Below are positions 1 to 13,400 of a stretch of DNA of 64,000 nucleotides, in pieces. This stretch comes from Lingula anatina (lineage: Eukaryota; Animalia; Brachiopoda): assembly GCA_051362555.1 (NCBI GenBank), contig CM120641.1, positions 40,678,401 to 40,742,400 on the forward strand, given 5' to 3'. A model generated the notes under the pieces. It made no database searches and had not been told where the DNA came from. It saw only the letters and a program-made list of their open reading frames with translations. Made by a program: the position numbers and the translations under genes. Position 1 is the first letter of the stretch. Each line of letters begins with the position of its first letter.

Positions 1-869
1 GGTAGGTGTGTTGGGTCATTTGTAGTCAGTATAAAGTACTGGAAGAGTGGTTGTGTCAATATTAAGGAAGAAAAAGAGCAAAAACTCTGGCCACCCCCCC
101 TCTCTCCAGATCCTGTTTTCAGCTGTGTTTTTGGCTATCTTTAAAGCTGGAATTGGGGGCTTTAATGAAGTGCTCCGGGCGTGTTTCCACATTTTTTATG
201 AATGACAGGTGTGGTAGATTAATTTTCATCACATTTCGGAAAAATTGGTGACGGGTCGTTTTTGGGTGATTTTGAGTGATTTTCATCAGGTCCGCCCGCG
301 TACAGCAGATTTCTTCAATTTTGTCCAAAAAGGGAAGAAATTTTTTTTTCTTCATTATAGTGACCGGTAGGTGTGTTGGGTCATTTGTAGTCAGTATAAA
401 GTACTGGAAGAGTGGTTGTGTCAATATTAAGGAAGAAAAAGAGCAAAAACTCTGGCCACCCCCCCTCTCTCCAGATCCTGTTTTCAGCTGTGTTTTTGGC
501 TATCTTTAAAGCTGGAATTGGGGGCTTTAATGAAGTGATCCGGGCGTGTTTCCACATTTTTTATGAATGACAGGTGTGGTAGATTAATTTTCATCACATT
601 TCGGAAAAATTGGTGACGGGTCGTTTTTGGGTGATTTTGAGTGATTTTCATCAGGTCCGCGTACAGCAGATTTCTTCAATTTTGGCCAAAAAGGGAAGAA
701 ATTTTTTTTTCTTCATTATAGTGACCGGTAGGTGTGTTGGGTCATTTGTAGTCAGTATAAAGTACTGGAAGAGTGGTTGTGTCAATATTAAGGAAGAAAA
801 AGAGCAAAAACTCTGGCCACCCCCCCTCTCTCCAGATCCTGTTTTCAGCTGTGTTTTTGGCTATCTTTA

Positions 870-3800
870 AAGCTGGAATTGGGGGCTTTAATGAAGTGAT
901 CCGGGCGTGTTTCCACATTTTTTATGAATGACAGGTGTGGTAGATTAATTTTCATCACATTTCGGAAAAATTGGTGACGGGTCGTTTTTGGGTGATTTTG
1001 AGTGATTTTCATCAGGTCCGCCCGCGTACAGCAGATTTCTTCAATTTTGGCCAAAAAGGGAAGAAATTTTTTTTTCTTCATTATAGTGACCGGTAGGTGT
1101 GTTGGGTCATTTGTAGTCAGTATAAAGTACTGGAAGAGTGGTTGTGTCAATATTAAGGAAGAAAAAGAGCAAAAACTCTGGCCACCCCCCCTCTCTCCAG
1201 ATCCTGTTTTCAGCTGTGTTTTTGGCTATCTTTAAAGCTGGAATTGGGGGCTTTAATGAAGTGATCCGGGCGTGTTTCCACATTTTTTATGAATGACAGG
1301 TGTGGTAGATTAATTTTCATCATATTTCGGAAAAATTGGTGACGGGTCGTTTTTGGGTGATTTTGAGTGATTTTCATCAGGTCCGCGTACAGCAGATTTC
1401 TTCAATTTTGGCCAAAAAGGGAAGAAATTTTTTTTTCTTCATTATAGTGACCGGTAGGTGTGTTGGGTCATTTGTAGTCAGTATAAAGTACTGGAAGAGT
1501 GGTTGTGTCAATATTAAGGAAGAAAAAGAGCAAAAACTCTGGCCACCCCCCCTCTCTCCAGATCCTGTTTTCAGCTGTGTTTTTGGCTATCTTTAAAGCT
1601 GGAATTGGGGGCTTTAATGAAGTGATCCGGGCGTGTTTCCACATTTTTTATGAATGACAGGTGTGGTAGATTAATTTTCATCACATTTCTAAAAAAATTG
1701 GTGACGGGTCGTTTTTGGGTGATTTTGAGTGATTTTCATCAGGTCCGCGTACAGCAGATTTCTTCAATTTTGGCCAAAAAGGGAAGAAATTTTTTTTTCT
1801 TCATTATAGTGACCGGTAGGTGTGTTGGGTCATTTGTAGTCAGTATAAAGTACTGGAAGAGTGGTTGTGTCAATATTAAGGAAGAAAAAGAGCAAAAACT
1901 CTGGCCACCCCCCCTCTCTCCAGATCCTGTTTTCAGCTGTGTTTTTGGCTATCTTTAAAGCTGGAATTGGGGGCTTTAATGAAGTGCTCCGGGCGTGTTT
2001 CCACATTTTTTATGAATGACAGGTGTGGTAGATTAATTTTCATCACATTTCGGAAAAATTGGTGACGGGTCGTTTTTGGGTGATTTTGAGTGATTTTCAT
2101 CAGGTCCGCCCGCGTACAGCAGATTTCTTCAATTTTGTCCAAAAAGGGAAGAAATTTTTTTTTCTTCATTATAGTGACCGGTAGGTGTGTTGGGTCATTT
2201 GTAGTCAGTATAAAGTACTGGAAGAGTGGTTGTGTCAATATTAAGGAAGAAAAAGAGCAAAAACTCTGGCCACCCCCCCTCTCTCCAGATCCTGTTTTCA
2301 GCTGTGTTTTTGGCTATCTTTAAAGCTGGAATTGGGGGCTTTAATGAAGTGATCCGGGCGTGTTTCCACATTTTTTATGAATGACAGGTGTGGTAGATTA
2401 ATTTTCATCACATTTCGGAAAAATTGGTGACGGGTCGTTTTTGGGTGATTTTGAGTGATTTTCATCAGGTCCGCGTACAGCAGATTTCTTCAATTTTGGC
2501 CAAAAAGGGAAGAAATTTTTTTTTCTTCATTATAGTGACCGGTAGGTGTGTTGGGTCATTTGTAGTCAGTATAAAGTACTGGAAGAGTGGTTGTGTCAAT
2601 ATTAAGGAAGAAAAAGAGCAAAAACTCTGGCCACCCCCCCTCTCTCCAGATCCTGTTTTCAGCTGTGTTTTTGGCTATCTTTAAAGCTGGAATTGGGGGC
2701 TTTAATGAAGTGATCCGGGCGTGTTTCCACATTTTTTATGAATGACAGGTGTGGTAGATTAATTTTCATCACATTTCGGAAAAATTGGTGACGGGTCGTT
2801 TTTGGGTGATTTTGAGTGATTTTCATCAGGTCCGCGTACAGCAGATTTCTTCAATTTTGGCCAAAAAGGGAAGAAATTTTTTTTTCTTCATTATAGTGAC
2901 CGGTAGGTGTGTTGGGTCATTTGTAGTCAGTATAAAGTACTGGAAGAGTGGTTGTGTCAATATTAAGGAAGAAAAAGAGCAAAAACTCTGGCCACCCCCC
3001 CTCTCTCCAGATCCTGTTTTCAGCTGTGTTTTTGGCTATCTTTAAAGCTGGAATTGGGGGCTTTAATGAAGTGATCCGGGCGTGTTTCCACATTTTTTAT
3101 GAATGACAGGTGTGGTAGATTAATTTTCATCACATTTCGGAAAAATTGGTGACGGGTCGTTTTTGGGTGATTTTGAGTGATTTTCATCAGGTCCGCGTAC
3201 AGCAGATTTCTTCAATTTTGGCCAAAAAGGGAAGAAATTTTTTTTTCTTCATTATAGTGACCGGTAGGTGTGTTGGGTCATTTGTAGTCAGTATAAAGTA
3301 CTGGAAGAGTGGTTGTGTCAATATTAAGGAAGAAAAAGAGCAAAAACTCTGGCCACCCCCCCTCTCTCCAGATCCTGTTTTCAGCTGTGTTTTTGGCTAT
3401 CTTTAAAGCTGGAATTGGGGGCTTTAATGAAGTGATCCGGGCGTGTTTCCACATTTTTTATGAATGACAGGTGTGGTAGATTAATTTTCATCACATTTCG
3501 GAAAAATTGGTGACGGGTCGTTTTTGGGTGATTTTGAGTGATTTTCATCAGGTCCGCTCGCGTACAGCAGATTTCTTCAATTTTGGCCAAAAAGGGAAGA
3601 AATTTTTTTTTCTTCATTATAGTGACCGGTAGGTGTGTTGGGTCATTTGTAGTCAGTATAAAGTACTGGAAGAGTGGTTGTGTCAATATTAAGGAAGAAA
3701 AAGAGCAAAAACTCTGGCCACCCCCCCTCTTTCCAGATCCTGTTTTCAGCTGTGTTTTTGGCTATCTTTAAAGCTGGAATTGGGGGCTTTAATGAAGTGA

Positions 3801-6800
3801 TCCGGGCGTGTTTCCACATTTTTTATGAATGACAGGTGTGGTAGATTAATTTTCATCACATTTCGGAATAATTGGTGACGGGTCGTTTTTGGGTGATTTT
3901 GAGTGATTTTCATCAGGTCCGCCCGCGTACAGCAGATTTCTTCAATTTTGGCCAAAAAGGGAAGAAATTTTTTTTTCTTCATTATAGTGACCGGTAGGTG
4001 TGTTGGGTCATTTGTAGTCAGTATAAAGTACTGGAAGAGTGGTTGTGTCAATATTAAGGAAGAAAAAGAGCAAAAACTCTGGCCACCCCCCCTCTCTCCA
4101 GATCCTGTTTTCAGCTGTGTTTTTGGCTATCTTTAAAGCTGGAATTGGGGGCTTTAATGAAGTGATCCGGGCGTGTTTCCACATTTTTTATGAATGACAG
4201 GTGTGGTAGATTAATTTTCATCATATTTCGGAAAAATTGGTGACGGGTCGTTTTTGGGTGATTTTGAGTGATTTTCATCAGGTCCGCGTACAGCAGATTT
4301 CTTCAATTTTGGCCAAAAAGGGAAGAAATTTTTTTTTCTTCATTATAGTGACCGGTAGGTGTGTTGGGTCATTTGTAGTCAGTATAAAGTACTGGAAGAG
4401 TGGTTGTGTCAATATTAAGGAAGAAAAAGAGCAAAAACTCTGGCCACCCCCCCTCTCTCCAGATCCTGTTTTCAGCTGTGTTTTTGGCTATCTTTAAAGC
4501 TGGAATTGGGGGCTTTAATGAAGTGATCCGGGCGTGTTTCCACATTTTTTATGAATGACAGGTGTGGTAGATTAATTTTCATCACATTTCTAAAAAAATT
4601 GGTGACGGGTCGTTTTTGGGTGATTTTGAGTGATTTTCATCAGGTCCGCATACAGCAGATTTCTTCAATTTTGGCCAAAAAGGTAAGAATTTTTTTTTTC
4701 TTCATTATAGTGACCGGTAGGTGTGTTGGGTCATTTGTAGTCAGTATAAAGTACTGGAAGAGTGGTTGTGTCAATATTAAGGAAGAAAAAGAGCAAAAAC
4801 TCTGGCCACCCCCCCTCTCTCCAGATCCTGTTTTCAGCTGTGTTTTTGGCTATCTTTAAAGCTGGAATTGGGGGCTTTAATGAAGTGATCCGGGCGTGTT
4901 TCCACATTTTTTATGAATGACAGGTGTGGTAGATTAATTTTCATCACATTTCGGAAAAATTGGTGACGGGTCGTTTTTGGGTGATTTTGAGTGATTTTCA
5001 TCAGGTCCGCTCGCGTACAGCAGATTTCTTCAATTTTGGCCAAAAAGGGAAGAAATTTTTTTTTCTTCATTATAGTGACCGGTAGGTGTGTTGGGTCATT
5101 TGTAGTCAGTATAAAGTACTGGAAGAGTGGTTGTGTCAATATTAAGGAAGAAAAAGAGCAAAAACTCTGGCCACCCCCCCTCTCTCCAGATCCTGTTTTC
5201 AGCTGTGTTTTTGGCTATCTTTAAAGCTGGAATTGGGGGCTTTAATGAAGTGATCCGGGCGTGTTTCCACATTTTTTATGAATGACAGGTGTGGTAGATT
5301 AATTTTCATCATATTTCGGAAAAATTGGTGACGGGTCGTTTTTGGGTGATTTTGAGTGATTTTCATCAGGTCCGCGTACAGCAGATTTCTTCAATTTTGG
5401 CCAAAAAGGGAAGAAATTTTTTTTTCTTCATTATAGTGACCGGTAGGTGTGTTGGGTCATTTGTAGTCAGTATAAAGTACTGGAAGAGTGGTTGTGTCAA
5501 TATTAAGGAAGAAAAAGAGCAAAAACTCTGGCCACCCCCCCTCTCTCCAGATCCTGTTTTCAGCTGTGTTTTTGGCTATCTTTAAAGCTGGAATTGGGGG
5601 CTTTAATGAAGTGCTCCGGGCGTGTTTCCACATTTTTTATGAATGACAGGTGTGGTAGATTAATTTTCATCACATTTCGGAAAAATTGGTGACGGGTCGT
5701 TTTTGGGTGATTTTGAGTGATTTTCATCAGGTCCGCGTACAGCAGATTTCTTCAATTTTGGCCAAAAAGGGAAGAAATTTTTTTTTCTTCATTATAGTGA
5801 CCGGTAGGTGTGTTGGGTCATTTGTAGTCAGTATAAAGTACTGGAAGAGTGGTTGTGTCAATATTAAGGAAGAAAAAGAGCAAAAACTCTGGCCACCCCC
5901 CCTCTCTCCAGATCCTGTTTTCAGCTGTGTTTTTGGCTATCTTTAAAGCTGGAATTGGGGGCTTTAATGAAGTGATCCGGGCGTGTTTCCACATTTTTTA
6001 TGAATGACAGGTGTGGTAGATTAATTTTCATCACATTTCGGAAAAATTGGTGACGGGTCGTTTTTGGGTGATTTTGAGTGATTTTCATCAGGTCCGCGTA
6101 CAGCAGATTTCTTCAATTTTGGCCAAAAAGGGAAGAAATTTTTTTTTCTTCATTATAGTGACCGGTAGGTGTGTTGGGTCATTTGTAGTCAGTATAAAGT
6201 ACTGGAAGAGTGGTTGTGTCAATATTAAGGAAGAAAAAGAGCAAAAACTCTGGCCACCCCCCCTCTCTCCAGATCCTGTTTTCAGCTGTGTTTTTGGCTA
6301 TCTTTAAAGCTGGAATTGGGGGCTTTAATGAAGTGATCCGGGCGTGTTTCCACATTTTTTATGAATGACAGGTGTGGTAGATTAATTTTCATCACATTTC
6401 GGAAAAATTGGTGACGGGTCGTTTTTGGGTGATTTTGAGTGATTTTCATCAGGTCCGCCCGCGTACAGCAGATTTCTTCAATTTTGGCCAAAAAGGGAAG
6501 AAATTTTTTTTTCTTCATTATAGTGACCGGTAGGTGTGTTGGGTCATTTGTAGTCAGTATAAAGTACTGGAAGAGTGGTTGTGTCAATATTAAGGAAGAA
6601 AAAGAGCAAAAACTCTGGCCACCCCCCCTCTTTCCAGATCCTGTTTTCAGCTGTGTTTTTGGCTATCTTTAAAGCTGGAATTGGGGGCTTTAATGAAGTG
6701 ATCCGGGCGTGTTTCCACATTTTTTATGAATGACAGGTGTGGTAGATTAATTTTCATCACATTTCGGAAAAATTGGTGACGGGTCGTTTTTGGGTGATTT

Positions 6801-7400
6801 TGAGTGATTTTCATCAGGTCCGCCCGCGTACAGCAGATTTCTTCAATTTTGGCCAAAAAGGGAAGAAATTTTTTTTTCTTCATTATAGTGACCGGTAGGT
6901 GTGTTGGGTCATTTGTAGTCAGTATAAAGTACTGGAAGAGTGGTTGTGTCAATATTAAGGAAGAAAAAGAGCAAAAACTCTGGCCACCCCCCCTCTCTCC
7001 AGATCCTGTTTTCAGCTGTGTTTTTGGCTATCTTTAAAGCTGGAATTGGGGGCTTTAATGAAGTGATCCGGGCGTGTTTCCACATTTTTTATGAATGACA
7101 GGTGTGGTAGATTAATTTTCATCATATTTCGGAAAAATTGGTGACGGGTCGTTTTTGGGTGATTTTGAGTGATTTTCATCAGGTCCGCGTACAGCAGATT
7201 TCTTCAATTTTGGCCAAAAAGGGAAGAAATTTTTTTTTCTTCATTATAGTGACCGGTAGGTGTGTTGGGTCATTTGTAGTCAGTATAAAGTACTGGAAGA
7301 GTGGTTGTGTCAATATTAAGGAAGAAAAAGAGCAAAAACTCTGGCCACCCCCCCTCTCTCCAGATCCTGTTTTCAGCTGTGTTTTTGGCTATCTTTAAAG
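870..7400. repeat. Imperfect 8-monomer higher-order repeat (2901-bp period); boundaries approximate
   Basis: Variant monomers recur at +2901: ORF ends 1235/4136/7037 (+4 bp), 1596/4497/7398 (CATATTTC), 1958/4859 (TTCTAAAAAAA), 3771/6672 (CTCTTTCC). Confidence 0.8.
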
Positions 7401-10400
7401 CTGGAATTGGGGGCTTTAATGAAGTGATCCGGGCGTGTTTCCACATTTTTTATGAATGACAGGTGTGGTAGATTAATTTTCATCACATTTCGGAAAAATT
7501 GGTGACGGGTCGTTTTTGGGTGATTTTGAGTGATTTTCATCAGGTCCGCGTACAGCAGATTTCTTCAATTTTGGCCAAAAAGGGAAGAATTTTTTTTTTC
7601 TTCATTATAGTGACCGGTAGGTGTGTTGGGTCATTTGTAGTCAGTATAAAGTACTGGAAGAGTGGTTGTGTCAATATTAAGGAAGAAAAAGAGCAAAAAC
7701 TCTGGCCACCCCCCCTCTCTCCAGATCCTGTTTTCAGCTGTGTTTTTGGCTATCTTTAAAGCTGGAATTGGGGGCTTTAATGAAGTGATCCGGGCGTGTT
7801 TCCACATTTTTTATGAATGACAGGTGTGGTAGATTAATTTTCATCACATTTCGGAAAAATTGGTGACGGGTCGTTTTTGGGTGATTTTGAGTGATTTTCA
7901 TCAGGTCCGCGTACAGCAGATTTCTTCAATTTTGGCCAAAAAGGGAAGAAATTTTTTTTTCTTCATTATAGTGACCGGTAGGTGTGTTGGGTCATTTGTA
8001 GTCAGTATAAAGTACTGGAAGAGTGGTTGTGTCAATATTAAGGAAGAAAAAGAGCAAAAACTCTGGCCACCCCCCCTCTCTCCAGATCCTGTTTTCAGCT
8101 GTGTTTTTGGCTATCTTTAAAGCTGGAATTGGGGGCTTTAATGAAGTGCTCCGTGCGTGTTTCCACATTTTTTATGAATGACAGGTGTGGTAGATTAATT
8201 TTCATCACATTTCGGAAAAATTGGTGACGGGTCGTTTTTGGGTGATTTTGAGTGATTTTCATCAGGTCCGCGTACAGCAGATTTCTTCAATTTTGGCCAA
8301 AAAGGGAAGAATTTTTTTTTTCTTCATTATAGTGACCGGTAGGTGTGTTGGGTCATTTGTAGTCAGTATAAAGTACTGGAAGAGTGGTTGTGTCAATATT
8401 AAGGAAGAAAAAGAGCAAAAACTCTGGCCACCCCCCCTCTCTCCAGATCCTGTTTTCAGCTGTGTTTTTGGCTATCTTTAAAGCTGGAATTGGGGGCTTT
8501 AATGAAGTGATCCGGGCGTGTTTCCACATTTTTTATGAATGACAGGTGTGGTAGATTAATTTTCATCACATTTCGGAAAAATTGGTGACGGGTCGTTTTT
8601 GGGTGATTTTGAGTGATTTTCATCAGGTCCGCGTACAGCAGATTTCTTCAATTTTGGCCAAAAAGGGAAGAAATTTTTTTTTCTTCATTATAGTGACCGG
8701 TAGGTGTGTTGGGTCATTTGTAGTCAGTATAAAGTACTGGAAGAGTGGTTGTGTCAATATTAAGGAAGAAAAAGAGCAAAAACTCTGGCCACCCCCCCTC
8801 TCTCCAGATCCTGTTTTCAGCTGTGTTTTTGGCTATCTTTAAAGCTGGAATTGGGGGCTTTAATGAAGTGATCCGGGCGTGTTTCCACATTTTTTATGAA
8901 TGACAGGTGTGGTAGATTAATTTTCATCACATTTCGGAAAAATTGGTGACGGGTCGTTTTTGGGTGATTTTGAGTGATTTTCATCAGGTCCGCGTACAGC
9001 AGATTTCTTCAATTTTGGCCAAAAAGGGAAGAAATTTTTTTTTCTTCATTATAGTGACCGGTAGGTGTGTTGGGTCATTTGTAGTCAGTATAAAGTACTG
9101 GAAGAGTGGTTGTGTCAATATTAAGGAAGAAAAAGAGCAAAAACTCTGGCCACCCCCCCTCTCTCCAGATCCTGTTTTCAGCTGTGTTTTTGGCTATCTT
9201 TAAAGCTGGAATTGGGGGCTTTAATGAAGTGATCCGGGCGTGTTTCCACATTTTTTATGAATGACAGGTGTGGTAGATTAATTTTCATCACATTTCGGAA
9301 AAATTGGTGACGGGTCGTTTTTGGGTGATTTTGAGTGATTTTCATCAGGTCCGCGTACAGCAGATTTCTTCAATTTTGGCCAAAAAGGGAAGAAATTTTT
9401 TTTTCTTCATTATAGTGACCGGTAGGTGTGTTGGGTCATTTGTAGTCAGTATAAAGTACTGGAAGAGTGGTTGTGTCAATATTAAGGAAGAAAAAGAGCA
9501 AAAACTCTGGCCACCCCCCTTCTCTCCAGATCCTGTTTTCAGCTGTGTTTTTGGCTATCTTTAAAGCTGGAATTGGGGGCTTTAATGAAGTGATCCGGGC
9601 GTGTTTCCACATTTTTTATGAATGACAGGTGTGGTAGATTAATTTTCATCACATTTCGGAAAAATTGGTGACGGGTCGTTTTTGGGTGATTTTGAGTGAT
9701 TTTCATCAGGTCCGCGTACAGCAGATTTCTTCAATTTTGGCCAAAAAGGGAAGAAATTTTTTTTTCTTCATTATAGTGACCGGTAGGTGTGTTGGGTCAT
9801 TTGTAGTCAGTATAAATTACTGGAAGAGTGGTTGTGTCAATATTAAGGAATAAAAAAAGGGCAAAAACTCTGGCCACCCCCCCTCTCTCCAGATCCTGTT
9901 TTCAGCTGTGTTTTTGGCTATCTTTAAAGCTGGAATTGGGGGCTTTAATGAAGTGATCCGGGCGTGTTTCCACATTTTTTATGAATGACAGGTGTGGTAG
10001 ATTAATTTTCATCACATTTCGGAAAAATTGGTGACGGGTTGTTTTTGGGTGATTTTGAGTGATTTTCATCAGGTCCGCGTACAGCAGATTTCTTCAATTT
10101 TGGCCAAAATGGGAAGAAATTTTTTTTTCTTCATTATAGTGACCGGTAGGTGTGTTGGGTCATTTGTAGTCAGTATAAAGTACTGGAAGAGTGGTTGTGT
10201 CAATATTAAGGAAGAAAAAGAGCAAAAACTCTGGCCACCCCCCCTCTCTCCAGATCCTGTTTTCAGCTGTGTTTTTGGCTATCTTTAAAGCTGGAATTGG
10301 GGGCTTTAATGAAGTGATCCGGGCGTGTTTCCACATTTTTTATGAATGACAGGTGTGGTAGATTAATTTTCATCACATTTCGGAAAAATTGGTGACGGGT

Positions 10401-13400
10401 CGTTTTTGGGTGATTTTGAGTGATTTTCATCAGGTCCGCGTACAGCAGATTTCTTCAATTTTGGCCAAAAAGGGAAGAAATTTTTTTTTCTTCATTATAG
10501 TGACCGGTAGGTGTGTTGGGTCATTTGTAGTCAGTATAAAGTACTGGAAGAGTGGTTGTGTCAATATTAAGGAAGAAAAAGAGCAAAAACTCTGGCCACC
10601 CCCCCTCTCTCCAGATCCTGTTTTCAGCTGTGTTTTTGGCTATCTTTAAAGCTTGAATTGGAGGCTTTAATGAAGTGATCCGGGCGTGTTTCCACATTTT
10701 TTATGAATGACAGGTGTGGTAGATTAATTTTCATCACATTTCGGAAAAATTGGTGACGGGTCGTTTTTGGGTGATTTTGAGTGATTTTCATCAGGTCCGC
10801 GTACAGCAGATTTCTTCAATTTTGGCCAAAAAGGGAAGAAATTTTTTTTTCTTCATTATAGTGACCGGTAGGTGTGTTGGGTCATTTGTAGTCAGTATAA
10901 AGTACTGGAAGAGTGGTTGTGTCAATATTAAGGAAGAAAAAGAGCAAAAACTCTGGCCACCCCCCCTCTCTCCAGATCCTGTTTTCAGCTGTGTTTTTGG
11001 CTATCTTTAAAGCTGGAATTGGGGGCTTTAATGAAGTGATCCGGGCGTGTTTCCACATTTTTTATGAATGACAGGTGTGGTAGATTAATTTTCATCACAT
11101 TTCGGAAAAATTGGTGACGGGTCGTTTTTGGGTGATTTTGAGTGATTTTCATCAGGTCCGCGTACAGCAGATTTCTTCAATTTTGGCCAAAAAGGGAAGA
11201 AATTTTTTTTTCTTCATTATAGTGACCGGTAGGTGTGTTGGGTCATTTGTAGTCAGTATAAAGTACTGGAAGAGTGGTTGTGTCAATATTAAGGAAGAAA
11301 AAGAGCAAAAACTCTGGCCACCCCCCCTCTCTCCAGATCCTGTTTTCAGCTGTGTTTTTGGCTATCTTTAAAGCTGGAATTGGGGGCTTTAATGAAGTGC
11401 TCCGTGCGTGTTTCCACATTTTTTATGAATGACAGGTGTGGTAGATTAATTTTCATCACATTTCGGAAAAATTGGTGACGGGTCGTTTTTGGGTGATTTT
11501 GAGTGATTTTCATCAGGTCCGCGTACAGCAGATTTCTTCAATTTTGGCCAAAAAGGGAAGAATTTTTTTTTTCTTCATTATAGTGACCGGTAGGTGTGTT
11601 GGGTCATTTGTAGTCAGTATAAAGTACTGGAAGAGTGGTTGTGTCAATATTAAGGAAGAAAAAGAGCAAAAACTCTGGCCACCCCCCCTCTCTCCAGATC
11701 CTGTTTTCAGCTGTGTTTTTGGCTATCTTTAAAGCTGGAATTGGGGGCTTTAATGAAGTGATCCGGGCGTGTTTCCACATTTTTTATGAATGACAGGTGT
11801 GGTAGATTAATTTTCATCACATTTCGGAAAAATTGGTGACGGGTCGTTTTTGGGTGATTTTGAGTGATTTTCATCAGGTCCGCGTACAGCAGATTTCTTC
11901 AATTTTGGCCAAAAAGGGAAGAAATTTTTTTTTCTTCATTATAGTGACCGGTAGGTGTGTTGGGTCATTTGTAGTCAGTATAAAGTACTGGAAGAGTGGT
12001 TGTGTCAATATTAAGGAAGAAAAAGAGCAAAAACTCTGGCCACCCCCCCTCTCTCCAGATCCTGTTTTCAGCTGTGTTTTTGGCTATCTTTAAAGCTGGA
12101 ATTGGGGGCTTTAATGAAGTGATCCGGGCGTGTTTCCACATTTTTTATGAATGACAGGTGTGGTAGATTAATTTTCATCACATTTCGGAAAAATTGGTGA
12201 CGGGTCGTTTTTGGGTGATTTTGAGTGATTTTCATCAGGTCCGCGTACAGCAGATTTCTTCAATTTTGGCCAAAAAGGGAAGAAATTTTTTTTTCTTCAT
12301 TATAGTGACCGGTAGGTGTGTTGGGTCATTTGTAGTCAGTATAAAGTACTGGAAGAGTGGTTGTGTCAATATTAAGGAAGAAAAAGAGCAAAAACTCTGG
12401 CCACCCCCCCTCTCTCCAGATCCTGTTTTCAGCTGTGTTTTTGGCTATCTTTAAAGCTGGAATTGGGGGCTTTAATGAAGTGATCCGGGCGTGTTTCCAC
12501 ATTTTTTATGAATGACAGGTGTGGTAGATTAATTTTCATCACATTTCGGAAAAATTGGTGACGGGTCGTTTTTGGGTGATTTTGAGTGATTTTCATCAGG
12601 TCCGCGTACAGCAGATTTCTTCAATTTTGGCCAAAAAGGGAAGAAATTTTTTTTTCTTCATTATAGTGACCGGTAGGTGTGTTGGGTCATTTGTAGTCAG
12701 TATAAAGTACTGGAAGAGTGGTTGTGTCAATATTAAGGAAGAAAAAGAGCAAAAACTCTGGCCACCCCCCTTCTCTCCAGATCCTGTTTTCAGCTGTGTT
12801 TTTGGCTATCTTTAAAGCTGGAATTGGGGGCTTTAATGAAGTGATCCGGGCGTGTTTCCACATTTTTTATGAATGACAGGTGTGGTAGATTAATTTTCAT
12901 CACATTTCGGAAAAATTGGTGACGGGTCGTTTTTGGGTGATTTTGAGTGATTTTCATCAGGTCCGCGTACAGCAGATTTCTTCAATTTTGGCCAAAAAGG
13001 GAAGAAATTTTTTTTTCTTCATTATAGTGACCGGTAGGTGTGTTGGGTCATTTGTAGTCAGTATAAATTACTGGAAGAGTGGTTGTGTCAATATTAAGGA
13101 AGAAAAAGAGCAAAAACTCTGGCCACCCCCCTTCTCTCCAGATCCTGTTTTCAGCTGTGTTTTTGGCTATCTTTAAAGCTGGAATTGGGGGCTTTAATGA
13201 AGTGATCCGGGCGTGTTTCCACATTTTTTATGAATGACAGGTGTGGTAGATTAATTTTCATCACATTTCGGAAAAATTGGTGACGGGTCGTTTTTGGGTG
13301 ATTTTGAGTGATTTTCATCAGGTCCGCGTACAGCAGATTTCTTCAATTTTGGCCAAAAAGGGAAGAAATTTTTTTTTCTTCATTATAGTGACCGGTAGGT

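Noticed and set aside
599-615. CENP-B-box-like motif TTTCGGAAAAATTGGTG
   Set aside because: Only 7 of 9 core positions match NTTCGNNNNANNCGGGN and the second CpG is missing; such partial matches arise easily by chance.
506-866. Monomer as a 5S rRNA, tRNA or snRNA gene repeat
   Set aside because: I could not recognise a 5S sequence, tRNA cloverleaf, A/B boxes or snRNA motif on either strand. An Rfam scan would be decisive.
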